A stretch of 64,000 bases of DNA. Source: an uncultured bacterium (lineage in GTDB: Bacteria; Babelota; Babeliae; Babelales; Babelaceae). Numbering within the stretch: position 1 is the first letter of the stretch; every line of letters starts with the position of its first letter. A program made the translations under genes and the position numbers. The notes beneath the pieces were generated by a model, which ran no database searches, had not been told where the DNA came from, and saw only the letters and a list, made by a program, of their open reading frames with translations. Below are positions 20,466 to 33,071 of this stretch, piece by piece. Location: the NCBI GenBank assembly GCA_963848965.1, contig CAWKFG010000004.1:640001-704000 (forward strand). Reading direction: 5' to 3'.

Positions 20466-23400
20466 ATGCGTTTTAAAAGTGCCATCTTACTAATAAGCAT
20501 AAGCTTTACACTATCGGTGTTACCGTATGATGTAACATTAGTAGGATCTTTGCAATTTGGTGATGGTCTTGGCAGATTAGCAATAGGACTTATTGAACAT
20601 TTACATAAGAAAGCATCTATTAACTTTATTCCTTCACGTGGTAACGTTAACCTTCTAGATGTTCCTGACGTTGTTAAAAACATTATCGAAAATGAAGATA
20701 GAAATCCTGGCAATGTAGCACTGCTCCTCGATCCTTTATGGCATCTTTCATACACAGCAGCCTATTTTGTACCGCGCTCACCTATAAAGATTGCTTATTC
20801 AATGCTTGAATCTACTGCAATTCCTGAACGCTGGGTTGAACTTCTTAATAATGAGTTTGACGCAGTCGTTGTTCCTGACAAGTTTTATGTTAACGTGTAT
20901 GAGAATTCGGGTGTTAAGATACCTATTTTTGTTCTTCCTACAGGTCTTTATTTAGAAGAATTTTTAGAACAACCGCTCAAAACATGTGCAGGAAAACCAT
21001 TTACCTTTGGTATGTCTGCAGGCTTTTGGCCGCATAAAAACCACCAGCTTCTTCTAGAAGCATTTATTCAAGAGTTTGGCAATTGTCCTGAAGTACAGCT
21101 TAAACTGCATGGCCGCTTTGGTGACCCTGCTATACAAAATGCACTTATACAAAGAATACAAAAGTCAGGTAACACCAATATCTCTTTTCAAACAAAATTA
21201 TTTTCACGTAAAGAGTATTTAGACTTTGTAAAATCATTTGATTGCTATGCTTTTCTTTCACGAGGTGAAGGGTTCTCTAATACCCCTCGTGAAGCAATGG
21301 CACTCGGTATTCCATGTATTTTAAGCAATAACACTGCTCATACAACTATTTGTAACACAGGTCTTGTATACAGTGTACCTGCATCTATTCGAACTCCTGC
21401 AGATTATCGTCCCTTTTTTGGAAGCTTTTGTGGAGAGCAGTTTCAGTGTTCACTCACCGATGTACGTAAAGCATTACGCGATGTGTATGAACATTATCAA
21501 AAGCATTTACAAAAAGCAGCACAAGCTCGTGCTTGGGTAAAGCAGTATTTATACCCTCAGCTTGCAGATAAATATCTTTCTCTTTTAAAGCCCAAGAAAG
21601 TCCTTTTAGGTACTACTAACACTATTACCGACTGGGGGTTAATCACCACCTCAAAAAAACTTTACAATAAATACCAAGCTCTTATTAGAAAGTCTTTACC
21701 TCTACAAAAGACAAATCTTTCATTGTGTGCCATAAAAACACCGCATGATTCTTCTCTATCTTCTTATTTCTTGAATCTGCTACAGTCTCTTTCTTGCGCA
21801 TTTACTTTACTAGAATCACAAACATTTTTAGGAACAGCTGCAGAATTCTTTAAACATGAGCTGAAAGCACTTGAACAAGGAAAGAAAAAAGATTCTCTTA
21901 TACTCATTAATAATATACGTCTTTGTGATGATAAGCTTTCACCGCTTAAGCATCCTACACTCGGTGGGTATCCATCACTCCAAGAGATCAAACAGCTGCT
22001 TAAAGCTATTAATCCTTGCTATAAGGTAATTACCATAGGCGACACTTTAATTGCCTATCCTCCAACAGCAAACTTACAACCATCATGTATCGCTCAAGCA
22101 TGTACCATTAGTCGATTTTACGATGGTATAACTATTCCTATAAGCACTGTCTTGAAAGCAGAAAAATGTATTGCTCATGCACGAGGAGCTGAGCGCTTTT
22201 TTCTTCAAAAGCTTTTTGCAACTTGCTGCACCTATGAAGAAACTGTTAAATATGGTGTGGGGCGTCATTATATTTTGTGGTATGGTCTTATGGCATTCCA
22301 TGAAAGACGGTACAGTGACGCGTATATCCTCTTTACCAATGCATATAATCATGGCCTTACTCATTGGCGTATCGCATGGTATTTAGCACAAGCAGCTTAT
22401 AAAGCTGGATTTTTAAATAATGCACAGTATCATATACAAGAAGCATTAAAGCAAGCTCCTGACTATAAAGAACTTAAAGAGCTTCGCAATACAATTATAC
22501 AAGCTCAACACGAACGTTCAAAATGCGCAAGATATTCTCCCTATGACCTTACAATACTTGGTGTTATCCGCTATGCAGACGGGTTAGGTCGATTACCCAT
22601 TGGTATGATTGATATGCTGTATGATAAACTAAAAATAAACTTTATAAATTCAAGAATTAATAAGTTTGCATGTTTTGATGATGTTTCAGAAGCCGTAAAG
22701 GCTGTTGCCAAAGACATACAAAGGCGACCAGGCAAAGTAGCTCTCTTTTGTGACCTTCTTTGGGTAAATTATGATAAACCATATCTTTTTATACCGTCAA
22801 GCACCATTAAAATAGCATATACTATGGTTGAATCATCTGCAGTACTAGTTCAATGGGTAGAGATACTTAATAGTTATTTTGATGCAGCAGTTGTTCCTGA
22901 TGAATCGCTTGTTGAAGTATATAAGCAATCTGGAGTAAAAATACCCGTTTTTGTCTTACCATGTCCTTTGTACCTTGAAGAATTTTTAGCAAAAGAGCCA
23001 AAAAAGCAACAGAGTAAGCCCTTTGTATTTGGCATTTCTGCCGGCTTCTGGCCACGTAAAAATCAAAAAATGGTCATAAAAGCATTTATCAAAGAGTTTG
23101 GTAATCGACACGATGTACAGCTTAAGCTTCACGGCAGGTTTGGCGAAGAGCCTCCTAAAAAAGAGCTCTTGGATCTCATTAAAAAACATACAGTAACAAA
23201 CATTGAGTTTATTGAAAAAAGCTTTACAAGAGCAGAGTATCTTTCTTTTATGGCTTCACTTGATTGCTACGTTTTTCTCTCTAAAGGAGAAGGTTTTTCT
23301 ATTACTCCTCGTGAAGCTCTAGCACTAGGAATTCCGTGCATTGTTTCTTATAATACAGCACAAAAAACTATTTGTGCTACAGGCTATGTACGCAGTGTGC

Positions 23401-23714
23401 CCTCTTGTATAAAAGAGCCTTCATATTATTCTCATGTTGGAACGCATGTAGGATACGAATTTAACTGTACGTTAAATGATGCACGAAAAGCATTGCGCGA
23501 TGTATATGATAACTATAAGCTTTATCTTCAAAAAGCTCGACAAGGAAGAGAATGGGTCAAACAATACCATTATACCAATCTTAAGCAAAAATTCCTTTCT
23601 TTAGTAAGGCCTCAATCTGTTCTACTTTCAGATCGTAATAGCATTGAAGATACGTATATCGCTACTACTTCAAGGGAACTTTACGAAAAGTATATTTTTT
23701 TAGGTATTCCTTAA
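20466..23714 (+). CDS. Tandem GT-B (family 4-like) glycosyltransferase with central linker/TPR-like region
   Basis: Two homologous domains each containing DGLGRL, YS/TM.ES, KN, and DCY.FLS.GEGFS.TPREA.ALGIPCI. ATG 20466 with AAGGA RBS preferred over TTG 20412. Signal-peptide-like N-terminus. Confidence 0.85.
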   Translation: MRFKSAILLISISFTLSVLPYDVTLVGSLQFGDGLGRLAIGLIEHLHKKASINFIPSRGNVNLLDVPDVVKNIIENEDRNPGNVALLLDPLWHLSYTAAYFVPRSPIKIAYSMLESTAIPERWVELLNNEFDAVVVPDKFYVNVYENSGVKIPIFVLPTGLYLEEFLEQPLKTCAGKPFTFGMSAGFWPHKNHQLLLEAFIQEFGNCPEVQLKLHGRFGDPAIQNALIQRIQKSGNTNISFQTKLFSRKEYLDFVKSFDCYAFLSRGEGFSNTPREAMALGIPCILSNNTAHTTICNTGLVYSVPASIRTPADYRPFFGSFCGEQFQCSLTDVRKALRDVYEHYQKHLQKAAQARAWVKQYLYPQLADKYLSLLKPKKVLLGTTNTITDWGLITTSKKLYNKYQALIRKSLPLQKTNLSLCAIKTPHDSSLSSYFLNLLQSLSCAFTLLESQTFLGTAAEFFKHELKALEQGKKKDSLILINNIRLCDDKLSPLKHPTLGGYPSLQEIKQLLKAINPCYKVITIGDTLIAYPPTANLQPSCIAQACTISRFYDGITIPISTVLKAEKCIAHARGAERFFLQKLFATCCTYEETVKYGVGRHYILWYGLMAFHERRYSDAYILFTNAYNHGLTHWRIAWYLAQAAYKAGFLNNAQYHIQEALKQAPDYKELKELRNTIIQAQHERSKCARYSPYDLTILGVIRYADGLGRLPIGMIDMLYDKLKINFINSRINKFACFDDVSEAVKAVAKDIQRRPGKVALFCDLLWVNYDKPYLFIPSSTIKIAYTMVESSAVLVQWVEILNSYFDAAVVPDESLVEVYKQSGVKIPVFVLPCPLYLEEFLAKEPKKQQSKPFVFGISAGFWPRKNQKMVIKAFIKEFGNRHDVQLKLHGRFGEEPPKKELLDLIKKHTVTNIEFIEKSFTRAEYLSFMASLDCYVFLSKGEGFSITPREALALGIPCIVSYNTAQKTICATGYVRSVPSCIKEPSYYSHVGTHVGYEFNCTLNDARKALRDVYDNYKLYLQKARQGREWVKQYHYTNLKQKFLSLVRPQSVLLSDRNSIEDTYIATTSRELYEKYIFLGIP

Positions 23715-23832
23715 GGAAAATTCTTCTTTTTCCTTATAAATCAAGAGAAATTATTGACTTATTAAGTTTTATATTTGTATTTTCAATATAAGAAAATATA
23801 AAGTATATAATATTTAAAGGAAAGGAAAAGTC

Positions 23833-24255
23833 ATGACAAAACTTACATTAGCATTACTTTTTAGCGTTACAGCATATGTTGCGGTACAAGCTATGAACAA
23901 TGACAATAATACAAGCGGAACAACTAGCACAGAGATGACCGGTACTACATCTGGAACAACTGGTACAGCAGATGCAGGTATGACATCAACTATAGGCGCA
24001 CATGGTACAACTGGTACAGAAATGACCGGTGCTTATGGTATGACAGGCGTTGGTGCTACAGGAAGTTATGGAACAACCGGAACAACAGCCGCTGGTATGA
24101 CAGGCGCAGATGTAACAGCAACTACGGGCACAGCTACTACAGCAGATGATACAACAGGATCAACAGCTACTGGTACAGCTGCCGATACAGGTACAACAGA
24201 AACAACAACTGGTACAGGTCAAACTGCTGGTGGTACAGGATCTGGGGCAGCATAA
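23833..24255 (+). CDS. Secreted Thr/Gly/Ala-rich low-complexity protein
   Basis: Signal peptide ending AVQA-MN; repeated TTGT/GMTG motifs; AAGGA RBS. Confidence 0.8.
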   Translation: MTKLTLALLFSVTAYVAVQAMNNDNNTSGTTSTEMTGTTSGTTGTADAGMTSTIGAHGTTGTEMTGAYGMTGVGATGSYGTTGTTAAGMTGADVTATTGTATTADDTTGSTATGTAADTGTTETTTGTGQTAGGTGSGAA

Positions 24256-24333
24256 GCTCTAAAAACTTTTAATGCCCATTATATCAAGCCTCTTCTTGTT
24301 TATTGGGCATTATTTCAATAAAAAAGGAAGACT

Positions 24334-24522
24334 ATGAAAAAAGTTATTTTGTCACTAGTATGCAGTATAACAGCCTCTTTAGCACTACAAGCTATGGAAC
24401 CAGCTCATAGAGGAGCATATGGTACAGTTCCCCCTGCAACGGGAGTTTATGGAGCAACAGGTGGTGAAGTACGCGGTACTCAGATGAGCAAAGATTTTTG
24501 GACCAATTGGTTTGAGTCTTAA
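24334..24522 (+). CDS. Small secreted protein related to the upstream Thr/Gly-rich protein
   Basis: Signal peptide MKKVILSLVCSITASLALQA-ME; GAYG/GVYG motifs shared with neighbour; AAGGAAG RBS. Confidence 0.65.
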   Translation: MKKVILSLVCSITASLALQAMEPAHRGAYGTVPPATGVYGATGGEVRGTQMSKDFWTNWFES

Positions 24523-24541
24523 TACTAGATTTTCCAAGTTC

Positions 24542-24572
24542 AAAGGTCTCATGTAAGCATGAGGCCTTTTTT
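24542..24572. terminator. Bidirectional intrinsic terminator
   Basis: AAAGGTCTCATG-TAAG-CATGAGGCCTTT stem-loop followed by a T run, between convergent genes. Confidence 0.7.
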
Positions 24573-25257
24573 ATGACTGTATAAGCACCCCATTATGCAA
24601 TTTAAGCACTTTATCTTTCGCAGCTATAATCAAAGAATCATGAGAAGCAATGATAAGCCCCATCTGCCATTCTTTTTGACATGTTCGTAATAGCTCTACA
24701 ATTTCTTTCCCTGTATGCTCATCAAGATGAGCTGTCGGCTCATCTGCTAATAGAAATAGTGGTTTATTAAAAAGCGCTCGCGCAATAGCAACTCGTTGTT
24801 GTTCTCCTCCAGAAAGAGTAGTTGGCACTCGAGAAGCTTTTGAATCAAGTCCTACGCACGATAGTAAATATAAAGCCCTCTGTTGAGCTTGTTTATATGA
24901 CTGGCCTTCAATGAGGCCCTTAAGCATAACATTTTCAATAACTGAAAGTTCATCAATAAGATACGGAGACTGGAATATAAATCCAATAGAACGATTAAGA
25001 AACTCTTGTTTTTGCTTTTTACTAAGCTCTGTAATATCACAGCCATTAAAGTAAATAGAACCTTGTGTAGGTACATCTAAACCAGCAAGAAGATGTAAGA
25101 GGGTAGATTTTCCTGTTCCTGATATGCCAGTTACTATATAGGTCTCATTTTGTTCAAATAGTATAGTAATATTCTGCAATATTGGTACAAGAGCGGTACC
25201 TTGTTTAAACGATTTAGATAGCCCTTTAAGCTCTAAGCTGTATGGTCTATAATCCAT
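24571..25257 (-). CDS. lolD: ABC transporter ATP-binding protein, LolD-like
   Basis: GISGTGKSTLLHLLAGLD.PT.G, IGFIFQ, LSGGEQQRVAIARAL, LLADEPT..LD, SHD. Confidence 0.75.
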   Translation of the reverse strand: MDYRPYSLELKGLSKSFKQGTALVPILQNITILFEQNETYIVTGISGTGKSTLLHLLAGLDVPTQGSIYFNGCDITELSKKQKQEFLNRSIGFIFQSPYLIDELSVIENVMLKGLIEGQSYKQAQQRALYLLSCVGLDSKASRVPTTLSGGEQQRVAIARALFNKPLFLLADEPTAHLDEHTGKEIVELLRTCQKEWQMGLIIASHDSLIIAAKDKVLKLHNGVLIQS

Positions 25258-25396
25258 AATAAGCCCTAAAATAAAAGAGTTTTTCGCCTCTCTTTAATGT
25301 ACCCTGAAATGTTACAATTGGAAAGTGTTGTGTTTAGTCTTTGACCTCAGCTAGAATCAAGATAAGGGAACAAATAACCACTGAAGGGGGAGTGTA

Positions 25397-27772
25397 ATGA
25401 AGCCACTAACTAAATCACTTTACGATACAATACCAGACATGCTCCCAGTTGTGCCAACGATGGATGTCGTGGTATTTCCTAATCAGATTGTACCACTTTT
25501 AGTCCTTGATGAGCGTATTATAAACGGGATTAATAAAGCTTTACAAGAAGAATCTAAGTTGGTACTCTTGCTTGCTTCTAAAAAGCAGTCTGATACACAC
25601 CAGGGAGCAATTGGTACAAAGGACTTGTACAAGGTAGGAACTGTTGCATCGGTTATGCGACTTATCAAGATACCTGAAGGAGGCATAAAAATTCTCGTGC
25701 AAGGAATTGCTAAAGCTTCAGTTGCTGATATTGTTGCAGAAAACGATATACTACAGGCTGATGTAGAGCCAGTTATATTTGAAGATTCTGCACAAAGTTC
25801 TGAAGTAATCGCTCAACTTAAAAACATAAAAGATGTAGCTGAGCGTATTTCAAGTGCAGGACATGCATTAAGTCCAGATTTCCACATTATCCTTACAAAG
25901 ATGCATGATCCAGAAAAAATAGCTGACTTTATTTTGTCTCATCTAAACTTACGTGTAGACCAAGCACAAGAGCTTCTTGAAGCACGTACACACAAAGATT
26001 TTCTTGAAGGGCTCTATAAGCAACTGTCTAAAGAGCTTGAAGTAAGTGAGATTCAAGAAAACATTAAAAATCGTGCTCGTGACTCTATGAATAAATCTCA
26101 GAAAGAGTTTTATTTACGAGAGCAATTACGGGCTATTAAAAAAGAGCTTGGTGAAGACGAATCTGATGATGTTGACCGTATGCGCAGCAAAGCAGCAGAG
26201 TTACCATTACCAGATGATGTGCGTACTGAAGTGCAAAGACAGCTTAATCGCCTTGAAAAAACATCTCCTGATTCTATGGAAGCTGCAGTTACTAGGAGCC
26301 ATCTTGAATGGATTTTAGCATTACCGTGGGGCAAAGAAACTACAGATAACTTAGATATTGCACGTGCAAAAACGATCTTAGATGAAGATCATTATGGCCT
26401 CAAGGAAATTAAAGAGCGCATTTTAGACTTTATCTCTATTCGGCAACTCAAAGGAGATAGTTATTCACCTATTCTTTGTTTTGCAGGACCTCCAGGAACA
26501 GGTAAGACATCACTTGGCAAATCGATTGCTCGAAGCCTTGGAAGAAAATTCTTCAGAGTTTCATTAGGTGGCGTAAAAGATGAAGCTGAAATACGAGGAC
26601 ATAGAAGAACGTATGTTGGCGCTATGCCTGGCCGCTTTATCCAGGGTATTAGAAAATCTGGGTCATATAATCCTGTCATTATCATAGATGAGCTTGACAA
26701 AATAGGTGCGGATTTTAGAGGAGATCCATCAGCTGCGATGCTTGAAGTACTTGATCCGCAACAGAACAAGAGCTTTTATGATAACTATTTAGGGATACCT
26801 TTTGATCTTTCTAAAGTGCTCTTTATTGCAACTGCAAATAACATAGAGACTCTGTCAGAGCCATTAAAAGATAGAATGGAAATTATTAATCTTGCCGGCT
26901 ATACTCTAGAAGAAAAGCTTGAGATAGCACAGCGCTATTTAATAAAAAAAGCGAAGGAAGAATCTGGACTTCAAGATCAGCCTCTTACCTTTACTCCTGA
27001 TACGCTTACTGATATCATTACTAATTATACGCGAGAAGCAGGTGTTCGCGAATTAGAACGACTTATTAAAAAGTTATGTTCTAAAGCAGCACGTGCTCTT
27101 GTAGAAAAAGGTGAAACCCTTTCATTTACTTCTGATACGATTGAACTCTATCTCGGGCCACGCAAGTTTGGACAAATAGATGCCTATAATGAAAATCATG
27201 TAGGTATAACAAATGGTCTTGCATGGACAGCATACGGCGGAGAGATTATTCGTATCGAAGCAGTAGTAATGCCAGGAAAAGGAAAACTTATACTTACAGG
27301 ATCTCTTGGTAATGTTATGAAAGAATCTGCAGAAGCAGCTCGGAGTTATGCTCGTGCACATGCACAAGAGTTTAACATTGATCCAAAAATGTTTACGCAG
27401 TATGATCTTCATATTCATGTACCTGGTGGCGGAATACCAAAAGATGGTCCATCTGCTGGAGTAACATTACTCTCTTCCATTTTATCTGCACTTACTGGCC
27501 GTCCTATAGACGCTCGGTATGCAATGACTGGAGAGCTTAACCTGCGAGGAAACATTATGCCTATTGGTGGCGTAAAAGAAAAGATTCTTGCAGCAAAAAG
27601 GAACCAAGTTCCTCATGTAATATTACCGCATAAGAACAAAAGCGATCTTGTCGGTGCAGAAGATATTACAATAGGAATTGAAGTTATTTGGGTAAATCAT
27701 GCAGATGAAGTATTAAGTAAAGTACTTTTGCCACTTGAAGGAGATACCAAAAAGGATTTAGGTCGACATTAA
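25397..27772 (+). CDS. lon: ATP-dependent Lon protease
   Basis: LON N-domain, GPPGTGKTSLG, RGHRRTYVGAMPG, DELDK, GLAWT, PKDGPSAG (catalytic Ser), GGVKEK (catalytic Lys). Confidence 0.98.
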   Translation: MKPLTKSLYDTIPDMLPVVPTMDVVVFPNQIVPLLVLDERIINGINKALQEESKLVLLLASKKQSDTHQGAIGTKDLYKVGTVASVMRLIKIPEGGIKILVQGIAKASVADIVAENDILQADVEPVIFEDSAQSSEVIAQLKNIKDVAERISSAGHALSPDFHIILTKMHDPEKIADFILSHLNLRVDQAQELLEARTHKDFLEGLYKQLSKELEVSEIQENIKNRARDSMNKSQKEFYLREQLRAIKKELGEDESDDVDRMRSKAAELPLPDDVRTEVQRQLNRLEKTSPDSMEAAVTRSHLEWILALPWGKETTDNLDIARAKTILDEDHYGLKEIKERILDFISIRQLKGDSYSPILCFAGPPGTGKTSLGKSIARSLGRKFFRVSLGGVKDEAEIRGHRRTYVGAMPGRFIQGIRKSGSYNPVIIIDELDKIGADFRGDPSAAMLEVLDPQQNKSFYDNYLGIPFDLSKVLFIATANNIETLSEPLKDRMEIINLAGYTLEEKLEIAQRYLIKKAKEESGLQDQPLTFTPDTLTDIITNYTREAGVRELERLIKKLCSKAARALVEKGETLSFTSDTIELYLGPRKFGQIDAYNENHVGITNGLAWTAYGGEIIRIEAVVMPGKGKLILTGSLGNVMKESAEAARSYARAHAQEFNIDPKMFTQYDLHIHVPGGGIPKDGPSAGVTLLSSILSALTGRPIDARYAMTGELNLRGNIMPIGGVKEKILAAKRNQVPHVILPHKNKSDLVGAEDITIGIEVIWVNHADEVLSKVLLPLEGDTKKDLGRH

Positions 27773-28860
27773 TGCATAAGATACTTGTACTTGGAAGTGC
27801 AACACAAGATATTTTTATTATGTATGAAGGTGCAGAAACTCTGCACCTTCAATCAAAAAAGGGCTCTCGCTCTTTTTTGATTTTAGAAGCTGGCATCAAA
27901 GCTAATGTGGAACAGCTTTTTTATGCAACCGGAGGAGGAGCTACAAATACTGCTGTCTCTTTTAAACGGCTTGGCTTACAAGCTATTCCTTGCTTTAAAC
28001 TAGGAACTGACACTGCAGGTACTTTTATTGTAGAATCGCTTAAAAAAGAAAATCTTGATCTTTCTCATATTAGTACCTCATCTACTGTTGATACTGCACG
28101 CTCCTTTATTATTCCTACACCTGAAAAGAATCATGCAGCACTCTGTTACCGAGGAGCCCAGACAGGACTTACTCACCACGATATACCATTTGAAAGTTTA
28201 CATACCTATCGCTGCCTCTACATCTCATCACTTTCTGGAAGTTCTTTACAGCTTTTACCAACTATTGCTCAAAAGGCCAAAAAGCTTGGTATTCTTGTTG
28301 CTACTAATCCAGGAGTTCAACAAATTACAAGTGAACATGCTGAGCTTTTTAGAGCACTTTCTTCTCTTGATATTCTTATTTTGAATGCTCATGAAGCACG
28401 ACTTTTTATGGAAGCACTCCTTAATCAGGTAACCATACAAGGAACTTCTTCTACAGACGCTTCATTACCCCCTCTTTTGCACTTTTTTATTGAATATAAA
28501 AGTGTTCGCTATTCACTTTTTGATTATTTTAAAGTACTTATATCGCGAGGGGTAGGTACAGTAATAGTAACTGATGGAGTTCGCGGAGTATATGTAGGAA
28601 CAGCGTCCGCTGTTTATTTTCATCCAAGTATTCCTACTTCTGTTCTTACTGCAGTAGGAGCAGGAGATGCTTTTGGTTCTAGCTTTGTAGGATCACTCAT
28701 TGTAGGAAAATCCCTTGAAGAAGCATTAGTATCTGGGGTAATTAATGCATCATCTGTTATAAGCTATGTAGATACAAAAACAGGATTACTTTCTTTGAAA
28801 GAGCTTGAAACTCGAGTAAGAGAGCTAGGATTTACACAACTCCAAAAATTTGCATTATAA
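27772..28860 (+). CDS. PfkB-family carbohydrate/nucleoside kinase
   Basis: GSATQD, TGGGATNTAV, LNAHEA, VTDG..G, GAGDAFGS; TAATG coupling to lon. Confidence 0.9.
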   Translation: MHKILVLGSATQDIFIMYEGAETLHLQSKKGSRSFLILEAGIKANVEQLFYATGGGATNTAVSFKRLGLQAIPCFKLGTDTAGTFIVESLKKENLDLSHISTSSTVDTARSFIIPTPEKNHAALCYRGAQTGLTHHDIPFESLHTYRCLYISSLSGSSLQLLPTIAQKAKKLGILVATNPGVQQITSEHAELFRALSSLDILILNAHEARLFMEALLNQVTIQGTSSTDASLPPLLHFFIEYKSVRYSLFDYFKVLISRGVGTVIVTDGVRGVYVGTASAVYFHPSIPTSVLTAVGAGDAFGSSFVGSLIVGKSLEEALVSGVINASSVISYVDTKTGLLSLKELETRVRELGFTQLQKFAL

Positions 28861-28936
28861 ACCTGAAGTACTTAAAGAAAAGATTCGCTGTAGAACTCTT
28901 TTATACACTTAGTTACTGGTATTTTCTTGTAAATTA

Positions 28937-28973
28937 TAACACTTACTGTTATAAATTATAACAGTAAGTGTTA
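28937..28973. terminator. Perfect 18-bp inverted repeat, likely bidirectional terminator
   Basis: TAACACTTACTGTTATAA-A-TTATAACAGTAAGTGTTA followed by CTTTTTT, between convergent genes. Confidence 0.65.
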
Positions 28974-28997
28974 CTTTTTTAAACGTGCCTCTTTCTT

Positions 28998-30998
28998 TTA
29001 CATCACTGATGTAAGCCACTCAATATATCTTTCTCGTTTTTGTGGATCTCCGAACCACCAGTCATTTTTACCTTTAACAAGTTTGAAGGTGCGATGGAAT
29101 GTATGATCATCTTGTTCAATGAGGCCTACATGATAGTTGGTAAATTCACCATTGGTTTCTTCTTCTAAGTGTGCTGGTCGTTCAAAGTGAGTAGCAATAA
29201 TACACATACTTTCTGGTATATGTGCTATAGCTTTACCAAATCTATGAAGACGAACAGAGCCTTCTGCTTCCATAGTACCCTTAAATACTTCATCCATAAC
29301 AGTAAAGCTCAGTTGCCCTTCCTTAAGTCCTGTAAGTACAGCAAGTGTTTCGTCAACACGCTTTTTCTCAGCCATAAAGGTAGATTGACCTACAGCAAGA
29401 TCTTCTTTAATGTTAGCATAGCTATTAAGCTTGTTAAAGATTGTTATACGAGCTTTACGTGCAGGAGCTATGCCAAACGTCTGTGCTAGAATCATTGAAT
29501 ATGCTACGGATTTCATGAAGGTAGATTTACCGCCACCATGAGGGCCTGTAAGCATAATGTTATGAGCATGTTCTGGTTTGCCAAAGGTGATAGTCTCTGT
29601 AACTGCTAACTTGCTATCAAGCAACGGATTCCATACATTAACAAGCTCTACATACGGAGTTTTATTGTCTACAAACTCTACAAAAGAAAACTCTACTCTC
29701 TTATCTTTATGCTCTTTTATGACATGAGCAACAGATAGATATGCTTCTAACTCACCCGCAGCTTCAAGTATATCAACAAAGAGATCTTTAACTTCATGAA
29801 GTAGCGTGTGAGCGGCAAGTACTTTTCCTAAATTAGAGTACCATTGTGCTTTATGTTCAAATACAGGATCATTCAGTAACGTTATAAGCTTGTCTAAATC
29901 ACCTGAAAGACGATACGGATTCTCTATAAATATCTCTAACTTCTTAAATGCTTTAATACCTGCAATAAGACCTTTGTGCGGAGAGACTACTTCATATATC
30001 TTTGTTAAAGCACCTATAATCTCTCTTATACTCCGCATACGTTCATGAAGAGTATACGTTATGTAGTTAGTAAGTTTAACTTCATCATGCAATTTCTTCA
30101 GCATAAAAATGCCTAATGCATCAGCAATGCCTCCGACACCCAAAGAAAAGAGAGTTGCACCAAGAGGAGAAAAAGCTTTCACAGACCTCTCTCTAAAAGT
30201 GTAATTAGCTGCATCGTACGTAGTTTCTGTACGTCTTGCGAAAAATGGATAAACGTGCAAGAAAGCCATACCTGCTAAGAATTCTACAGTAGCTAAGCCA
30301 GCTCCTACTAAATTAAGTGTTCTTACTGTTTGTAAGGCGCCTGGCTTTGTGTTAAATCGGGAAAACCAGCCTTTAGGAAAATAAACGCGCATAGTAAGCA
30401 TAGGATCTAACTGAGCAGAAGGGCCCCACAGATGGAGAAGGTTGCTTTCATGTTCTCCTATAAGTTTGAAAGCATTATTCAAAGATTCTGCAGTATGTTT
30501 ATTGTCTATGAGTGTTTTCACCATGTTTTGCCGTTGGGTTAATAGAGCCTTATCTACTTGAGGTTCTGCAATCATACGAGCGAGAACTGCTGAACCAAAA
30601 GTAGTTTGAGTTTTATTAACTTGAGAGAATAAGTTGAGCTTCTTGCTATTTTCGGATCCGCAAATAACGTTCAACTCATGTAATACATATGGCTCAATAA
30701 CATTTACTGTTTTTTGTAATTGTCCTTGACGTGCAAGCAAATTGAATACAATTTCTTTCTTATGATTAGAGCTTAGAGGCTTGATCATCTCACTGACCTT
30801 CTCTTTATCACTCTTTTCTTCTTTCTTTTCACCTTGCGTAGTAAGTACTGGCTTTACTACATGATCTTCTGCTTCTAGGACCAAATTACCAACGGTGATA
30901 TACAACGATTCAGGCTTTGAGCTTTCTTCATTTTCACAAAAACTAATAGCGCTCCACAAGAGAGTCGTCCATACTACACTTTGTAATCTCTGTAACAT
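28998..30998 (-). CDS. Second MutS-related domain-V ATPase with signal peptide and transmembrane segments
   Basis: LTGPHGGGKSTFMK, STFMAE, MDEVFKGT, IATHF; ATG 30998 with GGAGG RBS preferred over the track start 31052. Confidence 0.88.
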   Translation of the reverse strand: MLQRLQSVVWTTLLWSAISFCENEESSKPESLYITVGNLVLEAEDHVVKPVLTTQGEKKEEKSDKEKVSEMIKPLSSNHKKEIVFNLLARQGQLQKTVNVIEPYVLHELNVICGSENSKKLNLFSQVNKTQTTFGSAVLARMIAEPQVDKALLTQRQNMVKTLIDNKHTAESLNNAFKLIGEHESNLLHLWGPSAQLDPMLTMRVYFPKGWFSRFNTKPGALQTVRTLNLVGAGLATVEFLAGMAFLHVYPFFARRTETTYDAANYTFRERSVKAFSPLGATLFSLGVGGIADALGIFMLKKLHDEVKLTNYITYTLHERMRSIREIIGALTKIYEVVSPHKGLIAGIKAFKKLEIFIENPYRLSGDLDKLITLLNDPVFEHKAQWYSNLGKVLAAHTLLHEVKDLFVDILEAAGELEAYLSVAHVIKEHKDKRVEFSFVEFVDNKTPYVELVNVWNPLLDSKLAVTETITFGKPEHAHNIMLTGPHGGGKSTFMKSVAYSMILAQTFGIAPARKARITIFNKLNSYANIKEDLAVGQSTFMAEKKRVDETLAVLTGLKEGQLSFTVMDEVFKGTMEAEGSVRLHRFGKAIAHIPESMCIIATHFERPAHLEEETNGEFTNYHVGLIEQDDHTFHRTFKLVKGKNDWWFGDPQKRERYIEWLTSVM

Positions 30999-31100
30999 TC
31001 TGTCCTCCACAGTCTTAATCCATTGTCTTTCTTCTAGAATATCCAAAAGCACATTTTATGCAAAAGCTACGCATCTCTGCATTCACACAAGCTGCTTATT

Positions 31101-33069
<1,969 letters not shown>

Positions 33070-33071
33070 GC

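Noticed and set aside
25258..25396. Heat-shock CIRCE element upstream of lon
   Set aside because: No TTAGCACTC-N9-GAGTGCTAA match found.
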